Source of the DNA: a virus
Taxonomy: Duplodnaviria; Caudoviricetes
Direction: 5' to 3' (one strand)
DNA length: 36,119 bases
IMG/VR virus record: IMGVR_UViG_3300018414_000181
Coordinates: 1-36,119 of that record
Under the pieces are notes generated by a model. That model saw only the letters and a list, made by a program, of their open reading frames with translations. It did not search any database and was not told the DNA's origin. The translations under genes were made by a program, and so were the position numbers. This document shows positions 18,307 through 27,700 of the stretch, piece after piece (positions within the stretch are counted from its first letter, which is position 1; every line of letters starts with the position of its first letter).

Positions 18307-19784
18307 GGTTGCTCCTTGTCGTCGACAGGATCGACGACTTCGTGAGTTCTGTAGTTGAGTTTTAGGCGCTCGGCCCTTTCCTGATCCGCCGCGTTCTCGG
18401 CGTCGACCGTTTCCGCGTCGTAACCCGTGCGCAGCACCATCTCGCTGCGCGAGGCAAAGCCGGCCTGCACCTCCATGCGTCGGGCTTGAACGTCCTGCAC
18501 TGGCTGGATGTAAGCCCAGCCTTGAGGCACCCAACGGGTACGCAGGTAATCACGGCGCCGTTGCGCGTAGTCCTCCAGCTGCAACGCGCCCGAGAGCACG
18601 GCCATATCCATCCAGGCCGCCCGGACGGGGCGGCACAGCTGGTGCACGTAAACGCCAAACTGCAATTGCTCCAGGCGGCGCCGAAACTCGTTGAGCACCA
18701 CCCGCAGCGCCCGGTCGTTGATCTCGCGCATGTCGCCCGTGAGGATCTCGTAGGGCGTGCCGGTACCCGCTGCGGCAGCCATCAGTTGCTGGCGCATGAA
18801 GTCGGGGTAGTTGTTACCCGCGTCCGGCGGCTTGGAAAACTCGACCTCCTCACCTGGCCCCAGCTCCTGCATCGTGCCCGGCTCCAGCGCCACCATCGGC
18901 GTGAAGCCATCGCGGTCAGTCGTCAGAGGGTGGCCGGTGACTGGATCTCGCGGTGGCGGACCGGTCTCGGGCGTCGGCCGCGAGATGAAACCGGCGAACA
19001 GGTTCGCCACCTCCTGCCGGAACAACACCGCGTCATCGTAGTTGTCGAGGCTGCGCAGGCGCTTGAGCACCGGCGACAAACGCGGAACACCGCGCAACTG
19101 GCCCGGCTCTATCGGTTCGAAGATGTGCAGCACCTGGGACGCTGGCACCCGTACCAGCTGGTTGTAACCGCCGTTCAACGACGAGGCGTCCCCCGGGTGC
19201 GAGCGATACATCCAGTACGCCACCCGTTTGCCCGTGGCGTTGAACTCGATCCCGGCTCGAATGACATTGCCGTCGCGGGTGCTTTCAAACTTGTCATGAG
19301 GCACGAACTCCGGCGCCAACAGTTGCAATTGCAGCGGCACCGCCAAGCCTTCGTTCAGACTGCGAGGACGCAGGCGCACAAAGCACTCGCCCGACGTCTC
19401 GACCGTTCGAGCCGCCAGGGCCTGCAGGCCATAGAAGTCGGTCAACTCGTCGGCGTCCGACTCATCCACCCAGTCCTCCCACAGCTCCTGCAGCAGCTTG
19501 CGCAAGTCGTGGTCATCCGTCCGTGGCCTGGGGTTGATCCCGGTGCCGATCAGGTTGCTGACCCGCTTGTCGATCACGTTGAACGCATACGGGTCGTTGC
19601 GCACCGCCGCCCGCGAGCGCGAGCGCAGGTTGCGCAAGGCCGGGGTGTTGATGGTGTTGATGCCGTTGTCGGGGGCATCCCAGCCCGAGGAACGGCGCCC
19701 CTCTCCGGCGCCCTCGTAACTGGCCTTGATATTGGACGGCAGCAAGAAACCGTTACGGGTCAGCGTCGGAAAGTGGCGAGCCAT
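18303..19784 (-). CDS. Portal protein, lambda family
   Basis: LRSRSR.AVRND, GQLRGVP, W..QGW.YI.PV.DV motifs. Confidence 0.94.
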   Translation of the reverse strand: MARHFPTLTRNGFLLPSNIKASYEGAGEGRRSSGWDAPDNGINTINTPALRNLRSRSRAAVRNDPYAFNVIDKRVSNLIGTGINPRPRTDDHDLRKLLQELWEDWVDESDADELTDFYGLQALAARTVETSGECFVRLRPRSLNEGLAVPLQLQLLAPEFVPHDKFESTRDGNVIRAGIEFNATGKRVAYWMYRSHPGDASSLNGGYNQLVRVPASQVLHIFEPIEPGQLRGVPRLSPVLKRLRSLDNYDDAVLFRQEVANLFAGFISRPTPETGPPPRDPVTGHPLTTDRDGFTPMVALEPGTMQELGPGEEVEFSKPPDAGNNYPDFMRQQLMAAAAGTGTPYEILTGDMREINDRALRVVLNEFRRRLEQLQFGVYVHQLCRPVRAAWMDMAVLSGALQLEDYAQRRRDYLRTRWVPQGWAYIQPVQDVQARRMEVQAGFASRSEMVLRTGYDAETVDAENAADQERAERLKLNYRTHEVVDPVDDKEQP

Positions 19785-19990
19785 TACAGTCCCTTGCCTC
19801 CATGGAAAAGTCGGATCACGCGGGCGCGTGGTCCGGCGGCTGCACTCAAGCTGCCCCGGATCTCCTCGCGGGCCCTGAGCAGTTCATCCACCGTGCGGTA
19901 CTCCACGGTGCGGTCGCCATAGCGCACGGTTTTTTCACCGCGAGCGATAGCGCCCTCGATAGCGTCGAGGTGTTTCTGGGTAAAGGACAT
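19784..19990 (-). CDS. Head-tail joining protein (lambda gpW-like)
   Basis: AIARGEKTVRYGDRTVEYRTVDEL; lies between terminase and portal. Confidence 0.88.
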   Translation of the reverse strand: MSFTQKHLDAIEGAIARGEKTVRYGDRTVEYRTVDELLRAREEIRGSLSAAAGPRARVIRLFHGGKGL

Positions 19991-19991
19991 A

Positions 19992-22007
19992 TCAGCGTCT
20001 CTTCAGATAGCCGCTAGTAGACATACGGCGTTGAGGGGGTGGAGCGGCTGGCCGGGGCATGACCACTGGTGCGGTCGGCTGAACTATCGGTTCAACGACT
20101 GGAGCAGGTTCTGACTCATCAGAAACAGACTCCACCTGCGCAGGTGCAGCGGTTGCCACTTCATCGAACAGCCCGGACTGGGCCATGGCCTGCCGCACGC
20201 GGTCCCAGTCAGATTCGAGATAGCGATTGATGCCCAGGTAATGTGCCATCGCCAGGCAGTACACCATCAGGTCGAGCGCCTCGTTCCGGTCGGCCTTGCC
20301 CTTGACCCACTCGATGCGTTTGTGGCCTTTGACGTAGCGCGCCACCTTGCTTTCGGCCACACACTGGTCGAAGAACTCGTCGGGCAAATCATTGGCAAAG
20401 TGCAAAGCACCCGGCCCGTTCTCGAAGGGATAGCGGTTGTAGATCCAGTCCTTGGCGGTATCGGTACCGACAAACCACAGCTCGGCACCGTTGCGTTCGG
20501 TCTGGCCCTTCCAGGTCACGTCCACCATCGACGGCCGCTGCGCAATCACCGGCCGGCCTGGCTTGCTCGCGCCCTTGATGGCGAAGACGTTGCGCCAACG
20601 ACGGAGCCGACAGAACTGATAAACCTCATCCGTGTGATGGCCGCCCGAGTCGACGCCAGCGGCAAGGATTGCCAGACCAACGCCGCAGGGGTGCCGGTAA
20701 CGCGCCTTGAGTTTTTCATCCAGCACCGCCCAGGTCTGTTCGTTCGCCGGGTCGCCCCAGATCACCTGATGGTCGATCACCCAGCGCTCCATGCCGACAC
20801 CGAAGCCCATCACCATCAGCTCCAGGCGGTTGGCCTGAACGTCGACCGAAGCGGTCAGCATCAGCACACCGGCTGGCATCGACCCGAGGCAATAGCTTTC
20901 AAGCCGTGCCCGATCCCGCAGCACATGGGCCTTGGTCTGCTCTTGAGCGCTATCCCACACCTTGGCAAGCCGGGTGTTATAGAACACCTGCATCGGCTCC
21001 AGATCGCCCTTGACCTGGGCTTTCTTGGCCTTCTCGAACTGCCGCGCCAGCGTGCGCCAGTCCATCCAGCCAGGTGGCGAGTACAAGGCGTTGAGGTGGA
21101 AACCTACCGTTTCGCCATCGCCCTGGGCATGCGAACGCCACTCGCCCTGGGCCAGCATCCAACCCTTGTGATGCTCCTCGATCAGCACGTCACACTCAGG
21201 CCCGGCACACTGGTAATGCGCCATGGTGAAGTCCGCCGAGTACAGCAAGCGCTCCCACTCCAACACCTGCCGGTGCCCGCAATGCGGACAGGGCACGTAG
21301 TAGTAACGTTGGTCGCTGGACTCGAACAGATCGCTGATCCGCGAGGCCCCCTTGATCGTGGGCGAGCTGGAGAAATAGAACTTGGCATTGCGGCCGAAGG
21401 TACTGCCCCGGGTTTCCGCCAGCTCGATGGGATCGCCCTCCTCACCGACGTCCACTTCCCAACGGTCCACCTCATCACCGTACACATAGCGAGCCGACAG
21501 CTCCGCCAAGTTGGCCGCAGACCCCGCCGTCGTCACGTACAGCGACCCGCCTTCAAACTCCTTGGTGTCCATGGTGTTGCGCGAGTCCCGCGAGCGGCTG
21601 GACGCCACCCGTTCGCGCAGCACAGGCGTGGCCTTGATGGTCTTGCCGATCCGTGAAGATACCCGCTTGGCCAGGCCCAGGCTGGGCAGCAACGTCAGGA
21701 TGTTGGACGGCGCCATGTGGATCAGGCCGCCAATCCAGTTCAAGGCGATCTGGGTTTTCATCAACTGCGAGGCCACCATGGTGACCACCCGCTTGCACGG
21801 GTGAGCCGGTGACAGGCAGCGCATGGGCTCCCGGGCATAAGGGGTGCGAGAGGTGCGGTATTGGCCGGGCTCCGCTGCGCCAGTATCACGCGGGATGCGC
21901 ATGTGTTCATCGGCCCACTCATCAATCCACACATCTGGGTCCGGCATCAGCCCACGGAAATAAGCCTCGCTGTACACCTCGGCACCGTCAGGTCTGCCCG
22001 GGGTCAT
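19992..22007 (-). CDS. terL: Terminase large subunit (lambda gpA family)
   Basis: RTPY, Walker A variant ASQLMKT, Walker B YVYGDEVD, SSPT, CPHC, nuclease D residues (VDVQ, DSGG, NEALD). Confidence 0.95.
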   Translation of the reverse strand: MTPGRPDGAEVYSEAYFRGLMPDPDVWIDEWADEHMRIPRDTGAAEPGQYRTSRTPYAREPMRCLSPAHPCKRVVTMVASQLMKTQIALNWIGGLIHMAPSNILTLLPSLGLAKRVSSRIGKTIKATPVLRERVASSRSRDSRNTMDTKEFEGGSLYVTTAGSAANLAELSARYVYGDEVDRWEVDVGEEGDPIELAETRGSTFGRNAKFYFSSSPTIKGASRISDLFESSDQRYYYVPCPHCGHRQVLEWERLLYSADFTMAHYQCAGPECDVLIEEHHKGWMLAQGEWRSHAQGDGETVGFHLNALYSPPGWMDWRTLARQFEKAKKAQVKGDLEPMQVFYNTRLAKVWDSAQEQTKAHVLRDRARLESYCLGSMPAGVLMLTASVDVQANRLELMVMGFGVGMERWVIDHQVIWGDPANEQTWAVLDEKLKARYRHPCGVGLAILAAGVDSGGHHTDEVYQFCRLRRWRNVFAIKGASKPGRPVIAQRPSMVDVTWKGQTERNGAELWFVGTDTAKDWIYNRYPFENGPGALHFANDLPDEFFDQCVAESKVARYVKGHKRIEWVKGKADRNEALDLMVYCLAMAHYLGINRYLESDWDRVRQAMAQSGLFDEVATAAPAQVESVSDESEPAPVVEPIVQPTAPVVMPRPAAPPPQRRMSTSGYLKRR

Positions 22008-22620
22008 CGATCACCTCCCAATTGGAATCAAGCGTGTGCCCAAGTTTTTCGCGTGACATCCGCGTGGCCTCGTCGAGCCGGAGCCGTAGAGCGGCACTCA
22101 GGTGTCGCTCGATCTCCCAGGGATCAGTCATCGAGGCCAACTCTGGGGCCAGTTGCGGCGGCATACCCATCAGCGTGTCGCGCAACATGCGACCCACGCT
22201 GTGCGCGCCCGACCGCACTACCGCGACATCCACCAGAGAGCCCTGCGCCTTGTGAAACTCAATCTCCGCCAGCTGGGCCAGGTAGTGCTCCCGGTGCGCC
22301 CTGGCCTTCTGAAAGTCCGCAGGCTTGCCTGAGCCGGTAAGGGGCTGCGGCGGCGCAGCCGTGGAAGTCGGCTCGGCCAGGGGGGATAGTTGGCTATGAA
22401 CGTCGCGCTGTATCCGCTCCTGTTGGTGGCGAGCGGCAACACCGGCCTTGCTAGGGTCGGCGGTTTCGAGGATCAGTGCCTCGGTGGCCTGCACATCGAC
22501 CTTCTTGCCGTCCGGCGAAAGCACCAACCGGTTGTTGTCTTTGAGCCAGGTGATGTAGCTGGGCGACCTGCCGATGCGAGCCGCAAAGGCGCTCTTTGAC
22601 AGGTAGGTTGGTTCTGTCAT
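21988..22620 (-). CDS. terS: Terminase small subunit (Nu1-like)
   Basis: N-terminal HTH (SKSAFAARIGRSPSYIT), FQKARAHREHY.A.LA..E, G.LVD; immediately upstream of terL. Confidence 0.9.
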   Translation of the reverse strand: MTEPTYLSKSAFAARIGRSPSYITWLKDNNRLVLSPDGKKVDVQATEALILETADPSKAGVAARHQQERIQRDVHSQLSPLAEPTSTAAPPQPLTGSGKPADFQKARAHREHYLAQLAEIEFHKAQGSLVDVAVVRSGAHSVGRMLRDTLMGMPPQLAPELASMTDPWEIERHLSAALRLRLDEATRMSREKLGHTLDSNWEVIDDPGQT

Positions 22621-22631
22621 GAGCCCTCCTT

Positions 22632-22681
22632 TTTCAACGGCTTTTCAATCGAACCTTTCAATTTCAATGGATTGAATTTCA
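22632..22681 (-). repeat. Cluster of TTGAAA repeats between cos and terS (candidate cosB / terminase-binding sites)
   Basis: Plus-strand TTTCAA at 22632, 22643, 22656 and 22662, plus an inverted TTGAA at 22672 and TTTCA at 22677. Confidence 0.55.
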
Positions 22682-22712
22682 GTAAGCTGGCAGCCCTGCC
22701 GCTAACGAAGTC

Positions 22713-22758
22713 CCGCGGGTTTCCGACCCCGTGTCCTCGGGAGCGTCCCAGGGTCCCC
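22713..22758 (-). other. Lambda-like cos site 1 (predicted 12-nt cohesive end GGGTCGGAAACC, 22729-22718)
   Basis: Minus strand ACACG-GGGTCGGAAACC-CGCGG aligns with lambda cosN TTACG-GGGCGGCGACCT-CGCGG; cosQ-like GGGACCCT upstream; adjacent to terS. Confidence 0.75.
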
Positions 22759-22837
22759 GGCGATTTTCGGTGGCCCGGGTGCATATCCATCCCCCTCGAC
22801 TAGTATCAGTCGACTATCTGTCAGAGGGAGAGACGTT

Positions 22838-23038
22838 GTGGAAATGATTGCCGTGCGCTCCAGTGCGATGAACGCCGTTGGCTACGATCCAGCAACGAGA
22901 AGAATGAGGATCCGCTTTGAACAAGGTCACTCTTACGACTTTTGCGGTGTCCCTCCAGCCATACACAATGGCTTGATGGCCGCAGTGTCCAAAGGCACCT
23001 ACTACAACCGACACATACGTGACCGTTATCGCTGCTGA
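22838..23038 (+). CDS. KTSC domain protein
   Basis: VRSSAMNAVGYD...IRF..G.SY.F.GVP......LM.A.SKG.YYN.HIR.RY matches the KTSC consensus; GAGGGAG RBS. Confidence 0.9.
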   Translation: MEMIAVRSSAMNAVGYDPATRRMRIRFEQGHSYDFCGVPPAIHNGLMAAVSKGTYYNRHIRDRYRC

Positions 23039-23096
23039 ACGTCATCTTTCATTTGGAAAGTCGGACATCCCTGCACTGATCTCAGTTGCAGGGAAC

Positions 23097-23142
23097 CCGC
23101 GAGTCCGAGCCCCCGTGTAGGGGCGCACCCGGGGGAGGCCCC
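23097..23142 (-). other. Lambda-like cos site 2 (12-nt core GGGGCTCGGACT, 23113-23102)
   Basis: Minus strand GGGGCCT-N17-ACACG-GGGGCTCGGACT-CGCGG. Confidence 0.6.
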
Positions 23143-23254
23143 AGACCACAGTCCATACCAAGGCCATCAGCGGGCTCTGCAACTCGCCTTTTTTCGCGCC
23201 GTTATCGATAAACTAGTCAACGTCAACAACCCCTCAGTACTTCAAGGACGTAAC

Positions 23255-23995
23255 GTGTTCTGGAAAAGAGAAAATAAAGTTCAAGTAGAACTTACATCCC
23301 CCATAACCATCAACTGCCCTACATGTGCAACTCAAGAACCCCAGACACCGGCGACTACAGTAGGGATTAGTTCCGACAGAGAACTCAAACTAAAACTATT
23401 AATCACTATCGCGCTTGCCATTCAAGCGTTTTTCTTTATCGTTGGTTATCTAGGATTCACTGTTCGCTACGAACAGTACGGAATAAAAACAGGCGAACTT
23501 GAACTAACCAATTCAGCAATTTTAGCTGAAGGATATCGACAATCCCTAAGCTATCTATCCATCGGCGACAACTCTTCAGTCATTATTACGCTTTTGCATT
23601 TACTACCATTTCTAATAATATCCGCACTTACCACCTACCTTATAACCGATCGCAATGCACCATGGCCTGTATTCATGAATAGGGGCTTCGCAGGATGGAT
23701 ACTATCATTCTTGTTATTCACCCTTCCAGTTTTTGGATTATTGCATAGTATTGAAGTCACAAAAGAAGAGATTCAACATGATACCGGCATAAAGGTGAAT
23801 AACGGGCTAAGCAGAGAATATATTATTTCAATAAAAAATGGTGAAAGACTTTCAGGACAACTCATAGCAGCAGATACTAAAACTACCTTCCTTCTTTCCA
23901 AACAGACTGTCTACAAGATTGACAATGCAACTGGTCAAATTATTAGGCAGATACTTCTCAAAGAAGATCCAGTTAAAGCGTCTACTGGAAATTGA
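23255..23995 (+). CDS. AT-rich multi-pass membrane protein (moron)
   Basis: 246 aa, about three hydrophobic segments, N-terminal CPTC; AAGGA RBS; opposite strand to the late operon. Confidence 0.8.
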   Translation: MFWKRENKVQVELTSPITINCPTCATQEPQTPATTVGISSDRELKLKLLITIALAIQAFFFIVGYLGFTVRYEQYGIKTGELELTNSAILAEGYRQSLSYLSIGDNSSVIITLLHLLPFLIISALTTYLITDRNAPWPVFMNRGFAGWILSFLLFTLPVFGLLHSIEVTKEEIQHDTGIKVNNGLSREYIISIKNGERLSGQLIAADTKTTFLLSKQTVYKIDNATGQIIRQILLKEDPVKASTGN

Positions 23996-24043
23996 ATCCT
24001 TGAAGTCCACCCCCTGTATGAAGGGATTGAACGTCAATTACTG

Positions 24044-24385
24044 CTAGGCAGTACCACTACCGGGCGGCTGATCCGATAAGCCAATCCGCCGAGCCGCCCA
24101 CCGCTCATACAGGCCAATGGCGACATCCGCCCCAGCCATCGCCGTCAGGCAGCCGAAGGCGCCCGCCGTCCAGACCGACACACCGGCGCCAATGAGCAAC
24201 ATCATTGCCGCCATCCCGCAGACGATGCAGGCACCGGACCGCAGCGCGAGACGCCGAACCAATGCCCAACCTCGCGCCCCTTCCTTGTCTGCTCGCCACA
24301 TCTCCCCGGAAACGCCGCCCACCAGGGCAAGGACGATCACTAACCAGATCGGCATCTCTGCCAGTGCTTGTTGCTCGTTCGTCAT
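24044..24385 (-). CDS. Holin (Pseudomonas pyocin/phage type)
   Basis: MTNEQQALAEMPIWLVIVLALVGGVSGEMWRADK...AMAGADVAIGLYERW; three TM segments; two Met starts. Confidence 0.88.
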   Translation of the reverse strand: MTNEQQALAEMPIWLVIVLALVGGVSGEMWRADKEGARGWALVRRLALRSGACIVCGMAAMMLLIGAGVSVWTAGAFGCLTAMAGADVAIGLYERWAARRIGLSDQPPGSGTA

Positions 24386-24403
24386 CGCCCGCCCCTTAAA
24401 CGC

Positions 24404-24429
24404 AAAAACCCGGCGCAAGGGCCGGGTTT
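24404..24429 (-). terminator. Terminator upstream of the holin (tR'-like)
   Basis: Minus strand AAACCCGGC-CCTTGC-GCCGGGTTT followed by TT. Confidence 0.65.
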
Positions 24430-24599
24430 GGTGTGTGGGTGCCTGCCGCTCTCTGCGGTCGCACCTATCGAAGATGGCTACTTTTTACAGGTGGATTTTA
24501 CTGGCAGCAACCCTGTTTTAACGCCACCCGGTGAATGTCTAGTGAACGCCTAGGCAATGTCGGCGAATATCTTTATTTCGGCTATCAGCGCCTTTGGCG

Positions 24600-24881
24600 C
24601 TGTCCTGCCTGTCCCACTGATAGTGAGTCAGGTAGGACAGCTACAGGCCCCGAAATACAAAGCTCTGCCCTACTGTCCTACCTCTGTCTTTCCTTTCTCG
24701 CCTGTAAGAAGAAATTGAAAGGCACGCGTGCGCGCCCACGGCGCGTAGTGTGTGCCCGCTGCGCTCATGTGTGCGCATGACGCGCTGAGAGGTTGGACAG
24801 TAGGACAGCCCACGAATGACAAGGCCCGCGCTTGTCCTGCTGCGCTAAAACGCAGTTGGACAAGGCGAGCCAGTAGGACAG
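24600..24881. repeat. Array of direct and inverted GTAGGACAG-like repeats; candidate replication origin
   Basis: GTAGGACAG at 24632, 24800 and 24873; GTTGGACA at 24792 and 24855; inverse CTGTCCTAC at 24673 and TGTCC at 24601, 24610, 24833. Confidence 0.6.
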
Positions 24882-24905
24882 CAGCAGACGTAGCCAGGGC
24901 AAGGC

Positions 24906-25271
24906 TCAAGCAGCCCTCCCCATGAGCAAGCCGTCGATGTACACGTGAGCCTCATGCAAGCGCAGGTAGTACGTCCTGGCGCTACAACCGCAGTGCAGCA
25001 TCTTCTGCGAGAGCAGACTGTCGTGATTGCAGTAATGCTCCATCACCACCAGGGCCAGCTCGGGCGGCAGGTGCTTGTTGACGATCAGCTCGATATCGGC
25101 CGATTCATCCAGCAGCACCCGACTGCCACGCGTTCCCCGTATCAGCTCACCTTTGCATTCCATCAGCATGGCGATCATGTTACCGCCGCCCGCACTGCCA
25201 ATGGCCATGGTCGTGGGCATGTGCAGATCCTGAGCCCAGAGTTTGAGCATCTCGTCGATTCGCTTAATCAA
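24906..25271 (-). CDS. Putative late-gene regulator/antiterminator (PA0613-like)
   Basis: TTG start overlapping the primase stop; IDEMLKLWA N-terminus and C-terminal sigma4/Q-like HTH (HY...KMLHCGCSARTYYLRLHEAH). Confidence 0.7.
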   Translation of the reverse strand: MIKRIDEMLKLWAQDLHMPTTMAIGSAGGGNMIAMLMECKGELIRGTRGSRVLLDESADIELIVNKHLPPELALVVMEHYCNHDSLLSQKMLHCGCSARTYYLRLHEAHVYIDGLLMGRAA

Positions 25272-27483
25272 AGCAAGGCTCCTCCTCCATCGGCGCCACC
25301 TGCAATGCAGATCCGCGCCCCCAGTTGGTCGGCTTCTGGTAGGCCCAGGGGCGTATACCACTCTTCGCGAGTGCCGGCATACGCCTCTTGCGCCACCCCA
25401 GCCGATGCATGATCGCACCTACGCGCATCTGCTCCGGCTTCCCCCAGTGACTGGGATCGATCTTCAGAACCTCGGACAGAATCTGACTGCCGGTGGTGGT
25501 CTCCCCCAGGTGTGACTCTTCCAACCACTTCAGGATAGGCACCTCCCATTCATCCACCACAAAGCGCTCTTCCTGCGCCTCGGCGAACAACGGCGCTTCG
25601 TCGCGAATCACCCACCAGATATCGCCAGCCTGATAGCAGAACATCGCCTCGGCCCAGAGCTGGTCGCGGATCTGCCGCAGTTGCTCCAGGTCGACCTTGG
25701 TGCAGGCCACAGGCCAATAACGCCGGTTGCCGGTGGCGTCCTTGAGGTATTCATCCTGGTTGGTGGTGCCCACGAAAACACACTGGCGTGGCACGTCCAT
25801 CGTTCTGCGGCCGTAGCTCTCACGGTAGGTGTCCACTGAGGCCGAGAAGAACTGCTTGGCCTTGGTCGATTCGGCCTTGTTGAAGCTGTCCAGCTCCCCC
25901 AGCTCGATAATCCACTTGCCCCGGATCGCCTGGAACGCATCCTTGTCGCCCAGGGTAAACGGCGTGTCCATAAACCACGAACCGCCGAGAATGCTCATCG
26001 CCGTAGACTTACCGGCGCCCTGGGCGCCTTCCAGAATCATCACCGAGTCCGCCTTGCACCCCGGAGCCATCACCCGGCCCACCGCCGAAACCATCCAGCG
26101 CTTGCCGACCTTTGAGCTGTAGTCGGTCGGTTCCACGCCCATGATCTCGGTGAGCCAGGAGTCGAGCCGGGGCACGCGGTCCCACTCCAGGCCGCGCAGG
26201 TAGTTGCGCACCGGGTGAAACGCCCGATAGTGCGCCACCACACTTACCGCCTCGATCACGTTGCCGACCTTGACCCGCAGGTTGTACTGCTGCGCGAGCC
26301 ACTTCATCACCAGCATGTCGTCGATGTCGGCCCAGTCGCCGGTGTCGCCGCCATAGGGCGGTACCCGCAGCTTGACGATCTTGGCGCTGAACGAACAGAA
26401 GCCGATCACCCCGGCCCAGCGCTCATCATTGCTCAGGATCAGTTCAACGTTCTGCATGTGCGCGATCAGCATGCCGCTGTCGCTGCGGGCCAACTGATCC
26501 CGCCAGCCGCCCGCGGCGGGTGGCCTGACCACCGCCAGCACCTGTCGACGCACCGCCTCCAAACCTTCGGCGCAGTGCAGGTCGTTGAAGTCGGTCCACT
26601 TGATCTCCCGCTCGCCGGAAAAGATCGGCGCCACCACCTGGCCACCGACCACCGTCGCCGCGTTTTCAGCACGCTCTCTGCCGGGGTTCCAGGGCTCACC
26701 GTTGGCCCGCTTGGTCTTCCAGTCATCATCTCGACAAACGATGATCGGGCACCCAGCAAAGCGCTCACGCATCGCCTTGCACACCGGCAAGAGGTTGCCT
26801 GCATCAAAGGCGATGGCCACGGTCAGCGAGGTCGCCATATGCAGGCTGGCGCCGGTGGCGTAGCCCTCACACACCAGCACCGGCTCGCCGGGCTCAGGGT
26901 GCGGACCGATCAGGTGGAAAGCGCCCTCTTTCGACAAGCCATAGGGCCAATAGGACTTGTCGCGCCCGGTGCCATCCTGCTTTTCGGGATAGATCACCTG
27001 CAAGCCGACAATCTGGTCACGTACGTTACTCATGGGCACCAGGAACGCACCCGAGCGCGGCGCATAGCGCACCCCGAAGCCCACCACTTGCTTGCGGTCC
27101 AGGTAGGTGCTCTTGCCCTTCTCCGGCATACGCTTGAACAACCCGGCGGCACGCTTTGCCGCACGACGCGCCGCATTGGCGGCCACCTCCGCCGCCCGGC
27201 GTTTCGCCTCTTCCTGCCGGGCGCGCATTACCTCACGCTCCTCGGCACTCATCCGCCCGGGTTTGACCTTGATCTTCTGCGTCACACCCGAACGCCAGTC
27301 GCCAAAGCTGCCGAAGATCAGGGTCTCGCCCTTCTCGGTGTAGTGCTCATGCACCACGTACCAGCCGTTTTTCTCCTTGCCTTTATCCTGCGCTGTCTTG
27401 CAGCGGGTGAGCTTGCCGAACACCAGTGGCTGCGCGGGCTCCAGGCCGTAATCGGCGAACTGCCCCAAGACCTCATCAAGCAT
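25264..27483 (-). CDS. Toprim primase fused to VapE/VirE-type helicase
   Basis: VCEGYATG and DDD Toprim motifs, TDFNDL, Walker A GAQGAGKST, WIIELGEL, GTTN...L.D.TGNRR. Confidence 0.93.
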   Translation of the reverse strand: MLDEVLGQFADYGLEPAQPLVFGKLTRCKTAQDKGKEKNGWYVVHEHYTEKGETLIFGSFGDWRSGVTQKIKVKPGRMSAEEREVMRARQEEAKRRAAEVAANAARRAAKRAAGLFKRMPEKGKSTYLDRKQVVGFGVRYAPRSGAFLVPMSNVRDQIVGLQVIYPEKQDGTGRDKSYWPYGLSKEGAFHLIGPHPEPGEPVLVCEGYATGASLHMATSLTVAIAFDAGNLLPVCKAMRERFAGCPIIVCRDDDWKTKRANGEPWNPGRERAENAATVVGGQVVAPIFSGEREIKWTDFNDLHCAEGLEAVRRQVLAVVRPPAAGGWRDQLARSDSGMLIAHMQNVELILSNDERWAGVIGFCSFSAKIVKLRVPPYGGDTGDWADIDDMLVMKWLAQQYNLRVKVGNVIEAVSVVAHYRAFHPVRNYLRGLEWDRVPRLDSWLTEIMGVEPTDYSSKVGKRWMVSAVGRVMAPGCKADSVMILEGAQGAGKSTAMSILGGSWFMDTPFTLGDKDAFQAIRGKWIIELGELDSFNKAESTKAKQFFSASVDTYRESYGRRTMDVPRQCVFVGTTNQDEYLKDATGNRRYWPVACTKVDLEQLRQIRDQLWAEAMFCYQAGDIWWVIRDEAPLFAEAQEERFVVDEWEVPILKWLEESHLGETTTGSQILSEVLKIDPSHWGKPEQMRVGAIMHRLGWRKRRMPALAKSGIRPWAYQKPTNWGRGSALQVAPMEEEPCFD

Positions 27484-27700
27484 GGCGGGCCCTCCGCACT
27501 TCATCGATCTCCTGACAGGTCACGCACAAGGTGCATCCGGGCTGCGCCAAGCGGCGCGCTTCGGGAATAGGACCGTCACAGTCTTCGCAGATGAGGAAGG
27601 AATGCACCGCCAGCTCAGGTCTCAGCAACTGACGCGCCGCGAGCGCTTGATCAAGGCGCTCTTGCACCAGATCGTTGGCAAAATCCGCAAGGTCAGCCAT
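27476..27700 (-). CDS. TraR/DksA C4 zinc-finger protein
   Basis: MADLADFA (DxxDxA); CEDC...IPEARR..PGC.LCVTCQ. Confidence 0.93.
   Translation of the reverse strand: MADLADFANDLVQERLDQALAARQLLRPELAVHSFLICEDCDGPIPEARRLAQPGCTLCVTCQEIDEVRRARHA

Noticed and set aside
21988-22007. 20-bp overlap of terS and terL
   Set aside because: Ordinary for lambda-like terminase genes; terL has a strong GGAGGT RBS
24600-24881. Possible CRISPR array
   Set aside because: Repeats are only ~9 bp, in both orientations and irregularly spaced; no cas genes
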